Shown here: piece after piece, positions 38,850 through 47,789 of the stretch
Numbering within the stretch: the first letter of the stretch is position 1
Layout of the letters: every line of letters begins with the position of its first letter
NCBI GenBank assembly: GCA_963783375.1
Contig: CAWANH010000029.1
Coordinates: forward strand, 1,568,001-1,632,000
Direction: 5' to 3'
DNA: 64,000 nucleotides
Source: Candidatus Eiseniibacteriota bacterium
Lineage (GTDB): Bacteria; Eisenbacteria; RBG-16-71-46; JABDJR01
Position numbers and translations under genes: made by a program
The notes under the pieces: generated by a model
What the model was told of the DNA's origin: nothing
Seen by the model: the letters and a program-made list of their open reading frames with translations, nothing else
Databases searched by the model: none

Positions 38850-40119
38850 AACGAAACTCGCCCTCACGCCGACCACCGGCCCCACCACCCGGCGCCGGAT
38901 CGTCCTCGCGTTCAGCGGCGGGCTCGACACCTCGTTCCTGGTTCCCTGGCTGGCGGAGCGTCACCAGGCCGAGATCGTCACCATCACCGTGGACACCGGC
39001 GGGCTGGACCAGGACGCGCGCGACGACCTCGGGCGGCGCGCCGAAGCACTGGGGGCGACCGAGCACGTCCTGATCGAAGCGCGCGACGTCTTCTTCCACG
39101 AAACCCTGCGGTTCCTGATCATGGGCAACGTGCTCCGCGGCCATCTCTACCCCCTCTGCGTGGGCGCGGAGCGGGGGCTCCAGGCGCGCATGATCGCCGA
39201 GACCACCCGCGGCCTGGGGGCGACCACGGTGGCCCACGGCTCCACCGCGGCCGGAAATGACCAGGTCCGTTTCGAGGTGGCGCTCCGGACCCTGGCCCCC
39301 GACCTGGAGATCCTCGCCCCGGTCCGCGACGAGGGGTTCTCCCGCGCCGCCGAGGCCGAGTTCCTGGCCCGGCAAGGCATCGACTGGCCGGCCGAGCGCG
39401 CGGCCTACTCCGTGAACAGCGGTCTCTGGGGGACCACGATCGGCGGGCGGGAAACCCACGGCACCGCCGAGTCGCTCCCGGAAAGCGCGTGGGTCCTCAC
39501 CCGGGGCGCCTTCGACCGGCCCCGTGTCCCCGAGCGCCACCGCATCGCCTTCGAGCGCGGTATCCCCGCCGCGCTGGACGGCGAGCCCCTGACCCCGGTC
39601 GCCCTCATCGAGCGGCTGAACGCCGAAGCCGGTGCCTTCGGGATCGGCCGGGGGATCCACCTCGGGGACACGATCTTCGGGCTCAAGGGCCGGGTGGCCT
39701 TCGAGGCCCCCGCCGCACAGGTCCTCATCGCCGCGCACCGGGAGCTGGAGAAGCTCACCCTCACCGCCCGCCAGCAGCGGGTGAAGGACCAGCTCGCCGC
39801 GGTCTACGGCGATCTCGTTCACGAGGGGCAGTCCCTGGAGCCGGCCTGCCGGGACATCGAAGCGCACTTCCTCCGCTCCCAGGAGCGGGTGACCGGCGAG
39901 GTGAACCTCCTGTTCCGGCCGGGAAGCCTCTTCGTGGAGGGAGTCTCCTCCCCGTTCTCGCTCAAGGAGGCGTCCCGCGGGGTCTACGGTGAGGCGGCGG
40001 GCGAGTGGAGCGCGGCCGACGCCCGCGGGTTCTCCCGGCTGGCCGCGCTTCCGGCCATGCTCCACGCCCGGGCCTCCGAGGCCCCAACGCCGGTCCCGGC
40101 GGACGGGGACGCGGCGTGA
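38842..40119 (+). CDS. argG: Argininosuccinate synthase
   Basis: LAFSGGLDTS, HGST..GNDQVRF, GLKGRVAFEAPA. Confidence 0.95.
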   Translation: MSETKLALTPTTGPTTRRRIVLAFSGGLDTSFLVPWLAERHQAEIVTITVDTGGLDQDARDDLGRRAEALGATEHVLIEARDVFFHETLRFLIMGNVLRGHLYPLCVGAERGLQARMIAETTRGLGATTVAHGSTAAGNDQVRFEVALRTLAPDLEILAPVRDEGFSRAAEAEFLARQGIDWPAERAAYSVNSGLWGTTIGGRETHGTAESLPESAWVLTRGAFDRPRVPERHRIAFERGIPAALDGEPLTPVALIERLNAEAGAFGIGRGIHLGDTIFGLKGRVAFEAPAAQVLIAAHRELEKLTLTARQQRVKDQLAAVYGDLVHEGQSLEPACRDIEAHFLRSQERVTGEVNLLFRPGSLFVEGVSSPFSLKEASRGVYGEAAGEWSAADARGFSRLAALPAMLHARASEAPTPVPADGDAA

Positions 40120-41192
40120 AGCGCGTGCTGCTGGACAAGATCGGTTCGGTCACCCTCAACTGCCGGCTCTCCCGCGAGGTGCGCCTGGGGAGCGACATCC
40201 CCGCGGTGGAAGGGGGGGTGATCGCGGTGCGGGTGCTCACCTCGAAGAGCACCTACGACCAGATCGAGCTTCCTTCCGGGCGCTTCTCCAAGCTGAAGCC
40301 CGGCGACGTGGTGGCGGGCGCGCTCGGCCATCGGAAGGCCCTCTTCGGGTACTCCGGGCACCTCCCGGAGTCGGTGAGCCCGGGCGACCGCGTGCACATC
40401 CTGAACATGGGCGGGGTGATCGGGATCTGTGACGGGGTGAACCCCGATCTCGGCCGCCCCTTCGAGGCCGAAGTGCTGGGACAGGTCCTGGCCTTCCCCT
40501 ACCTCGGTGAGCGGGTGGGCCTCCCCGCCCACATCACCCAGGGCGCGCTCCCGGTGGACGGCGCGCTCGACACCGGAAACGTCCCCATCGTGGCCGTGGT
40601 GGGCACCTGCATGAACGCGGGAAAGACCCAGGCCGCGTGCGCGCTGATCCAGGCCTTCGCCCATCGCGAGCTGACCGTGGCCGCGGGCAAGGCCACCGGG
40701 GTCTCGCTCCGCCGGGACATCCTGGCCATGGAGGACGCGGGGGCGCGGCGGACCCTGGTGTTCACCGACATGGGGGTGGTGACCACCACCTCGGACAACG
40801 CCCCCGGAGTGGCCCGGGCCATCCTCACCCACCTCGCGGCGGGAACCCCCGACGTGATCGTGCTGGAGCTGGGCGACGGCCTCCTGGGTCTCTACGGGGT
40901 GGACGCGATCCTGAACGACCCCGCGATCCGCGAGTCGCTCCACGCGGTGGTCCTGGCCGCCAACGACCCGGTGGCGGCCTGGGGCGGGGTGAGGCTGCTG
41001 CGCGAACGGCACGCACTCGACGCCCATGTGGTGACCGGTCCCGCCACCGACAACGCGGCGGGAACCAGGCTGGTGGAGCGCGAGACCGCGGTCCCCGGGG
41101 TAAACGCCCGAACCGATCCCGCCCGGCTGGCCGAAACCGTGCTCGCGCGGCTCCCGCTTCCCGCCGCCACCGGGGAGGCGACCGGTGTCTGA
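40116..41192 (+). CDS. DUF1611/DgcN-like P-loop protein within the arg operon
   Basis: VVGTCMNAGKT P-loop, GKATG, DVIVLELGDGL; overlaps the argG stop and the argC start. Confidence 0.7.
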   Translation: MKRVLLDKIGSVTLNCRLSREVRLGSDIPAVEGGVIAVRVLTSKSTYDQIELPSGRFSKLKPGDVVAGALGHRKALFGYSGHLPESVSPGDRVHILNMGGVIGICDGVNPDLGRPFEAEVLGQVLAFPYLGERVGLPAHITQGALPVDGALDTGNVPIVAVVGTCMNAGKTQAACALIQAFAHRELTVAAGKATGVSLRRDILAMEDAGARRTLVFTDMGVVTTTSDNAPGVARAILTHLAAGTPDVIVLELGDGLLGLYGVDAILNDPAIRESLHAVVLAANDPVAAWGGVRLLRERHALDAHVVTGPATDNAAGTRLVERETAVPGVNARTDPARLAETVLARLPLPAATGEATGV

Positions 41193-42297
41193 AACCACCA
41201 CCCCGGCCCGGGCCGCGCACCACCCGTCCCCCCCCGCCTCGCGCACCGTCCCCGCGGTGATTCTGGGGGGAACCGGGTACGTTTCGGGGGAGCTGCTCCG
41301 CATCCTCTCCGGCCACCCGGTGCTCCGTCCCCAGGCCGTGATATCCACCAGCCGGGCCGGGGAACCGGTGGTGGAGGCATTCCCGCATCTGGCGGGAACC
41401 GGGATCGAGGCGCTCTCCTTCCGGTCGATCGGGTCGGTCCGGTTCCGGCGCGACGAGCCGGCGGCGATCTTCGCCGCCACCCCCCACGGGGGAACCGCCG
41501 CCGTGCTGGACGCCCTCCTCGCGCGGGCGGAGGCCCTGGGGGCGCCGGTTCACGCCGTGGACCTCTCCGCCGATTTCCGCTTCGGCGACCCCGCGGGGTT
41601 CGAGACGGTCTACGGAACGCCCCATGGCGCCCCGGGACGGATTCGCGACTTCGTATGCGCGGTGCCCGAGCACGCCCCGGCCATACCGGTGCGGCATGCC
41701 GCCCAGCCCGGATGCTTCACCACCGCCGCGGTCCTCGCCGCCTACCCGTTCTTCGCGCTCGATCTTGTCGAGGGCCCGGTGTTCGTCTCGGCGGTGACCG
41801 GAAGCTCGGGGAGCGGGAGGACACCGGGGGCGGGGACCCACCACCCCGAGCGGCGGAGCGCGCTCTACGCCTACGCCCCTCTCGCCCACCGGCACGAAGC
41901 GGAGATGCGGGCGCTCCTCGGCGCGGCGCGCGGGGGCTTCGAACCGGAGGTCGAGTTCGTTCCCCACTCCGGACCGTTCGTCCGGGGAATCCACGCCACC
42001 GTCCGCCTGGGTCTCAAGTCCCCCGCGGAAACCGGGGACCTGGCGGCCGCGGTCGCCGCCTTCTACGCCGCGAGCCCCTTCGTCCGGGTCGAGGCCCGGC
42101 CGCCGCGACTGAACGAGGTGGTCGGGACCAACCTCTGCCGCCTGGGCGTCACCGCCCGGGGCCGCACCGTGGTGGTGACCTCGGTGATCGACAACCTGGT
42201 GAAGGGGGCGGCGGGCGGGGCCGTGCAGTGGATGAACCGGCTCCTGGATCTCCCGGAAACCGCGGGACTCCAGCTCCCCGGACTGGGGGTATTCTGA
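41185..42297 (+). CDS. argC: N-acyl-gamma-glutamyl-phosphate reductase
   Basis: GGTGYVSGEL, ATPHG, DLSADFR, PGCF, TGSSGSG, HRH..E, IDNLVKGAAG. Confidence 0.95.
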   Translation: MSETTTPARAAHHPSPPASRTVPAVILGGTGYVSGELLRILSGHPVLRPQAVISTSRAGEPVVEAFPHLAGTGIEALSFRSIGSVRFRRDEPAAIFAATPHGGTAAVLDALLARAEALGAPVHAVDLSADFRFGDPAGFETVYGTPHGAPGRIRDFVCAVPEHAPAIPVRHAAQPGCFTTAAVLAAYPFFALDLVEGPVFVSAVTGSSGSGRTPGAGTHHPERRSALYAYAPLAHRHEAEMRALLGAARGGFEPEVEFVPHSGPFVRGIHATVRLGLKSPAETGDLAAAVAAFYAASPFVRVEARPPRLNEVVGTNLCRLGVTARGRTVVVTSVIDNLVKGAAGGAVQWMNRLLDLPETAGLQLPGLGVF

Positions 42298-42299
42298 TC

Positions 42300-43454
42300 G
42301 TGAACCCTATCGCCGCCGGGGCCTCGGCCCTCCTCGACGTCTTCCCTCATATCGACCTGGAGCCGGTCCGGGGGGAGGGCCCCTATCTCTTCACCTCAGA
42401 CGGGCGCCGCTACCTCGACTTCTACGGCGGCCATGCGGTGGCGCTTTTCGGGTACGGGCATCCGGACCTTCTGGCCGCGCTCGAAACCCAGGCCCGCGAC
42501 CTGATCTTCCAGAGCAATGCCGTGCCGCTCGCCGTACGGGAACGGGCGGCGGCGGCGCTCCTCGCTTTCGGTCCCGCCGGTCTCGACCGGGTGTTCTTCG
42601 TCAACTCCGGGGCCGAGGCCAACGAGAACGCGCTCCGGATCGCCTTCCGCGCCACCGGCCGGAGCCGGGTGGCCGCGGTGGCCGGGGGCTTCCACGGGCG
42701 CACCGCGGCGGCGGGGGCGGTCACCGCCGGCCACGAGCGCTGGTTCGGGTTCCCGCGAACCCCCTTCGAGGTGGACACGGTTCCCTTCGACGACGAAGAC
42801 GCCCTCGAAACTGCCGTCACCGGAGACACCGCCGCGGTGATCCTGGAGCCGGTCCAGGGCATGGCCGGGGCACGGTCCATGTCCCCCGGGTTTCTGGCCC
42901 GGGCCCGCCAGCTCACCCACGAACGGGGCGCGGTGCTGGTCTTCGACGAGGTCCAGTGCGGAATGGGCCGGACCGGCCGGCCGTTCGCCGCCCAGGCCTT
43001 CGGGGTCGTCCCCGACGTCCTCACCACCGCCAAGGGCCTGGCCGGAGGCTTTCCGGCGGGGGCGGTCCTGGTGTCGGACGCGGTGGCCTCGGGACTCGGC
43101 CACGGCGACCTGGGAACGACCTTCGGCGGGGGGCCTTTGGCCGCCGCGCTCATCGAAACGGTGATCCGGATCCTCGAGCGCGAAGCCCTCCTCCCCCGGG
43201 TCCGACGACTCTCGGCGCGGCTCACAAGGGAATGCCTCGGGGGTCCGATCACCGCCGTTCAGGGGATGGGCTATCTCCTGGGCCTACGCACCGAGCCCCC
43301 GGCGAAGGAGATCCTCGGCGCCCTTCGGTCCCGGGGCATCCTGGCCGGGGGGAGCGCCGACCCGCACGTGGTCCGGCTCCTCCCTCCCCTCATCATCGGG
43401 GACGAGCAGGTGAACGAGTTCACCACCGCCCTCGCGGAGATCCGACATGCGTAA
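42300..43454 (+). CDS. argD: N-acylornithine aminotransferase
   Basis: YLDFYGGHAV, NSGAEANE, FHGRT, EPVQG, DEVQCGMGRTG, TAKGLAGG, GTTFGG. Confidence 0.93.
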   Translation: MNPIAAGASALLDVFPHIDLEPVRGEGPYLFTSDGRRYLDFYGGHAVALFGYGHPDLLAALETQARDLIFQSNAVPLAVRERAAAALLAFGPAGLDRVFFVNSGAEANENALRIAFRATGRSRVAAVAGGFHGRTAAAGAVTAGHERWFGFPRTPFEVDTVPFDDEDALETAVTGDTAAVILEPVQGMAGARSMSPGFLARARQLTHERGAVLVFDEVQCGMGRTGRPFAAQAFGVVPDVLTTAKGLAGGFPAGAVLVSDAVASGLGHGDLGTTFGGGPLAAALIETVIRILEREALLPRVRRLSARLTRECLGGPITAVQGMGYLLGLRTEPPAKEILGALRSRGILAGGSADPHVVRLLPPLIIGDEQVNEFTTALAEIRHA

Positions 43455-44457
43455 GTTTCTCGATCTCTCCGATCTATCCGACGACCGACTGGAGGCGGTC
43501 CTCACCCGCGCGCGCGAGCTGGAGTCCCGTCCCAACGGGCACGCTCTTCGCGGGCAGACGGTGGGACTCCTGTTCATGAACCCGTCGCTGCGCACCCTGG
43601 CCTCGATGGAGGCGGGGGTGAGCCAGCTCGGGGGGCGAAGCTTCGTCATCACCCCCGGCCAGAGCTCCTGGCAGCTCGAGACCCGGGACGGAACGGTGAT
43701 GGACGGAGTCGCGGTCGAACACGTACGCGAGGCCATCCCGGTGCTGGCCCAGTACGCCACCGCGCTCGGGGTCCGTTGCTTCGCCAAGGGGCAGGACCTC
43801 GGCGAGGATCTGGCCGACGGGGTGATCCGGAAGATGGCCGAGCTGTCGCCGGTCCCCTTCATCAACCTGGAGTCGGCAATCTCCCACCCCTGCCAGGCCC
43901 TGGCCGACTGGAAGACCCTGGAGGATCTGAACGTGCCGCGGAGCGGCGGGAAGTTCGTGCTCTCCTGGGCCTATCACCCCAAGCCGCTCCCCTACGCGGT
44001 GCCCGCCTCCGCCCTCCAGATGGCGGCCCGCCGGGGAATGGACGTGGCGGTCCTCCGCCCGGAGGGATTCTCCCTCCCCGAGCCGATCATGACGCGGGCG
44101 CGCGTGCTCGCCGAGGCCTCGGGGGGGACGATCACCGAAACCGCGAACCGGAAGGAGGCCATGGAGGGGGCGCACGTCCTCTACGCCAAATCCTGGGCGG
44201 CGCCGGAGTTCTACGGCCGTCCCGAGGAGGAGAAGCCACTGCGGGAGGAGTACCGGGACTGGTGCGTGGGCGCGGACTGGTTCTCCGGGGCGCGACCCGA
44301 TGCACGCTTCATGCACTGCCTCCCGGTGCGACGGAACGTGAAGGTGACCGACGAGGTGCTGGACGGGCCGCGAAGCGTGGTGGTGAAGCAGGCCGGGAAC
44401 CGCCTCCACGCCCAGAAGGCGTTGTTGGTGGAGATGCTCGGCGAGGAGGCGGCGTGA
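43447..44457 (+). CDS. argF: N-acylornithine carbamoyltransferase (ArgF'), probably N-succinylornithine-specific
   Basis: FMNPSLRT, HPCQ, WAYHPKPLP and HCLPVRRN mark the AOTCase/SOTCase family; specificity loop MDGVAVEH. Confidence 0.9.
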   Translation: MRKFLDLSDLSDDRLEAVLTRARELESRPNGHALRGQTVGLLFMNPSLRTLASMEAGVSQLGGRSFVITPGQSSWQLETRDGTVMDGVAVEHVREAIPVLAQYATALGVRCFAKGQDLGEDLADGVIRKMAELSPVPFINLESAISHPCQALADWKTLEDLNVPRSGGKFVLSWAYHPKPLPYAVPASALQMAARRGMDVAVLRPEGFSLPEPIMTRARVLAEASGGTITETANRKEAMEGAHVLYAKSWAAPEFYGRPEEEKPLREEYRDWCVGADWFSGARPDARFMHCLPVRRNVKVTDEVLDGPRSVVVKQAGNRLHAQKALLVEMLGEEAA

Positions 44458-45413
44458 CCGGCGCCGGCGATCGCGAGTCGACCCTGGCCGCCCTCAGCCG
44501 GGCCATGCCCTACGTGCGGCTCTACAAGGGGCGGGTCTTCGTATTGAAGCTGGGGGGGGCGCTCACCGCCGAGACCCCGGTGCTCCGCCACCTGGCCGAG
44601 GAGATGGCGATCCTGGCCGAGTTCGGGATCCGGCTGGTGGTGGTCCACGGCGGCGGCCCCCAGGCCACCCGGCTCGCCGGGCGTCTGGGGGTGCCGACCC
44701 GGATGGTCGGCGGGCGCCGGGTGACCGATGCCGCCGCGCTGGAGGCGGTGGTGATGGCCCTGAACGGCACGGTGAACACCGCGGTCCTGGCCGCCTGTCG
44801 GGCCGCGTCGTTGGGCGCGGTGGGGATCTCCGGGGTGGACGGCGGGATCGTCCGGGCCCGGGTGCGGGGTCCGGTCCGGGTCGAGGGGGACGCCGAGCCG
44901 GTGGACTTCGGCGAGGTGGGCGAGGTGCTCTCGGTGGACGGCGAGGCGCTCCGGCGGCTCCTGGACGCCGGGTTCGTCCCGATTCTCAGCCCGGTGGCCG
45001 CCGACGACTCCGGCCGGGTGCTCAACATCAACGCGGACACCGTGGCCGCCGAGACCGCGGCGGCCCTGGGGGCGGAGAAGCTCATCTTCCTCACCGAGAC
45101 CCCGGGGATCCTGGAGGACAAGTCCGATTCCCGCTCGCTCATCAGCTACCTGGATCTCGATCGGCTGGCGGAGATGGAGGCGAGCGGCGCGGTGGACGGA
45201 GGCATGCTCCCCAAGGTGAACGCGACCCGCGCGGCGCTGGCCGCCGGCGTTTCCCGGGTGCACATGGTGGGGGCGCGCGAAAAAGGGAGCCTGTTGGTCG
45301 AGGTGTTCACCAACGAGGGGGCGGGGACCATGGTGGTGCGGAACCTGGCCGAGCTGGAGTCGGCGGTCCGGATGAACGGGACCGCCCCGGTGGAGCTCGG
45401 AGCCGGAGCATGA
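44454..45413 (+). CDS. argB: N-acylglutamate kinase
   Basis: VLKLGG, VHGGGPQ, GRRVTD, NINAD, GGMLPK; no fused GNAT domain. Confidence 0.95.
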   Translation: MTGAGDRESTLAALSRAMPYVRLYKGRVFVLKLGGALTAETPVLRHLAEEMAILAEFGIRLVVVHGGGPQATRLAGRLGVPTRMVGGRRVTDAAALEAVVMALNGTVNTAVLAACRAASLGAVGISGVDGGIVRARVRGPVRVEGDAEPVDFGEVGEVLSVDGEALRRLLDAGFVPILSPVAADDSGRVLNINADTVAAETAAALGAEKLIFLTETPGILEDKSDSRSLISYLDLDRLAEMEASGAVDGGMLPKVNATRAALAAGVSRVHMVGAREKGSLLVEVFTNEGAGTMVVRNLAELESAVRMNGTAPVELGAGA

Positions 45414-46504
45414 GCCACGCGGAGCTTCTGGCGCTTCATCGTTCCCTGGTGGAGATTCCCTCGGTCTCGGGCGGCGAGGGGGCGATCGCCTCGTTCCTGG
45501 CCGACGTGCTCGAAGCCCGAGGCGTCGCGGTCGAGCGGGTCGGATCGAGCCTCCTCGCGCTCCTCGGCCGGGGCCCGGTGGTGTGCCTGAACACCCACCT
45601 CGACACCGTCCCCCCGTCCGGGGCGTGGACCCGTGACCCGTATCGCGCGTCGGTGGAGGACGGGCGCGTCTACGGCCTGGGCTCGAACGACGCGAAGGCC
45701 TCGGTGGCGGCGATGGTGGCCGCGTTCCTCCGCTTCGCGGAGTACGGCGAGGACCTCGGGCTGACCCTGGCCCTCACCCTGGCCGCCGAGGAGGAGACCG
45801 CCAACCGTGGGAGCGCGGCCCTGGTGGAGGCGCTCCGGGTCCGGGGGTTCACCCCGGAGGCGGTGGTGGTGGGCGAGCCCACCGGCCTTGACGTGGCGGT
45901 GGCCCAGAAGGGGCTCCTGCTCCTGGAACTGGTGGCGCGCGGTGAAACCCACCACGCCGCCCATGCCCGGGCCCTGGGAGCGGTCAACCCGATCGCCGTC
46001 CTGGCCGCGGACCTGGTCGCCTTGGAGGGGATGGATCTGGGGGGAGACGATCCCGACCTGGGTCCGGTCACCGCGGTTCCCACCGTGCTCCGCGCCGGCG
46101 AGGCGCGGAACATGGTCCCCGCCGAGGCCTCGTGCGTGATCGATGTCCGCACCAACCCGTCGCCGGAGCCGTCCCGTATCGTCGAGAGGCTGCGGGAGGC
46201 GCTCCGCTCCGAGGTTCGCGTCCGGAGCGGCCGGCTCCGCCCGGTGGCCCTCGACCCCGGGCATCCCCTGGTCCGGGCCGCCCTGCGCGCCCGCCCGGAG
46301 GCGAGCCTCTTCGGCTCCCGGGGGCTCTCGGACCTGGTGTGCTTCCCCGGGGTGCCGGGGATCAAGGCCGGCCCGGGCCGGAGCGAGCGGTCCCATACCC
46401 CGGACGAGTTCGTCTTGGAGGAGGAGATCTTGGAGGGCGCCCGGTTCTACGAGGCGCTGGTGCGGGAGTGCCGTTCCTTCCTCGCCGAGGGGGTGCGGTC
46501 GTGA
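45410..46504 (+). CDS. argE: M20 deacylase (N-acylcitrulline/ornithine deacylase)
   Basis: HLDTV, GLGSNDAK, EEE, GEPT, SHTPDE. Confidence 0.85.
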   Translation: MSHAELLALHRSLVEIPSVSGGEGAIASFLADVLEARGVAVERVGSSLLALLGRGPVVCLNTHLDTVPPSGAWTRDPYRASVEDGRVYGLGSNDAKASVAAMVAAFLRFAEYGEDLGLTLALTLAAEEETANRGSAALVEALRVRGFTPEAVVVGEPTGLDVAVAQKGLLLLELVARGETHHAAHARALGAVNPIAVLAADLVALEGMDLGGDDPDLGPVTAVPTVLRAGEARNMVPAEASCVIDVRTNPSPEPSRIVERLREALRSEVRVRSGRLRPVALDPGHPLVRAALRARPEASLFGSRGLSDLVCFPGVPGIKAGPGRSERSHTPDEFVLEEEILEGARFYEALVRECRSFLAEGVRS

Positions 46505-47754
46505 CCGGGCCGGAGGACGGAGGCATGCCGGTGGACGCGCCCGCCGGGGCCCGGCTCTGGGACCGGGGCGAGCCCCTGGACCTTGCGGTGCTCCTCTACA
46601 CCGCCGGGGAGGATCACGCCCTCGACGACCGGCTGGTCCCCCACGATGTCCGGGCTTCGATCGCCCACGCGGCCATGCTTCGCGAGGCTGGGTACCTGAC
46701 CGCGGCGGACTTCAGCGCGATCGAGACGGGACTCACGTCGCTGGCCGACACTCATGCTCGCTGGGAGTGGCGCGTGGCCCTGGAGGAGGAGGACGTTCAC
46801 ACCGCCCTCGAGAACCGGCTGGTGGGGATGATCGGCGAGGCGGGGCGGCGCGTCCACCTGGGGCGGTCCCGGAACGACCAGGTGGTGGCCGCGGTGCGTC
46901 TCTGGCTTCGCGACGCCCTGGAATCGCTCGCCTCGGACGCCGAGGCCTCGGCCGACGCGCTCGACGCTTTGGGAGGGCGCCAGGGCGCCCTCCCCATGCC
47001 GGGCTACACCCATCTCCAGCGGGCCATGCCGTCCACCGTGGGGCTCTGGGCCGGGGCGTTTGCCGAAGAACTCCGCGACGACGCCGAGGGGCTCCGCGCC
47101 GCCCGCCGGCGCGCGAACCGGAATCCGTTGGGGTCGGCGGCGGGGTACGGGGCGCCGGCGCTCGGTCTGGATCGCGAGCGCACCACCGAGCTTCTGGAGT
47201 TCGACCGAACCCAGGAACCGGTGACCGCGGTCCAGCTCTCGCGCGGCAAGGCCGAAGCGTCGGCTCTCTTCGAGGCGTCGCTCCTGGCTCAGGACCTGGG
47301 GCGCCTCGCCGCCGATCTTTGTCTGTTCGCCACCCGGGAGTTCGGGTTCGTGGAGCTCCCAGCCGCGTTCACCACCGGGTCCTCGATGATGCCCCAGAAG
47401 CGGAACCCGGACCTCTTCGAGCTGGCGCGCGGGCGGAGCGGCGAGGCGGTCGCGGCCCTGGTCGAACTGCTGGGGATCACCGCCAAAATGCCGTCCGGCT
47501 ATCACCGCGACCTGCAGTTGCTGAAGAAGCCGCTCTTCCGGGGGTTCGATTCGGTGGAGGCCACGGCGCGATTGCTCGCCCACGCGATCGGCGGCGTGCG
47601 GTTCCGTGAGGATCGGTTGCGGGCGGCCATGGATCCGTCGCTCCGCGCCGCGGAGGAGGCCTACCGCCTGGTCCGCGAGGAGGGCATCCCCTTCCGCGAG
47701 GCCTACCGGCAGGTGGCGACGGGGTTTCGGGCCGAGGCGCCGGTCGAGGAGTAG
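46501..47754 (+). CDS. argH: Argininosuccinate lyase
   Basis: EDVH, GRSRNDQV, PGYTHLQRA, GSSMMPQKRNPD. Confidence 0.95.
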   Translation: MTGPEDGGMPVDAPAGARLWDRGEPLDLAVLLYTAGEDHALDDRLVPHDVRASIAHAAMLREAGYLTAADFSAIETGLTSLADTHARWEWRVALEEEDVHTALENRLVGMIGEAGRRVHLGRSRNDQVVAAVRLWLRDALESLASDAEASADALDALGGRQGALPMPGYTHLQRAMPSTVGLWAGAFAEELRDDAEGLRAARRRANRNPLGSAAGYGAPALGLDRERTTELLEFDRTQEPVTAVQLSRGKAEASALFEASLLAQDLGRLAADLCLFATREFGFVELPAAFTTGSSMMPQKRNPDLFELARGRSGEAVAALVELLGITAKMPSGYHRDLQLLKKPLFRGFDSVEATARLLAHAIGGVRFREDRLRAAMDPSLRAAEEAYRLVREEGIPFREAYRQVATGFRAEAPVEE

Positions 47755-47789
47755 CGCGGCCTCGTCAGGCGGGTTCGGGGGCGGGCCGC

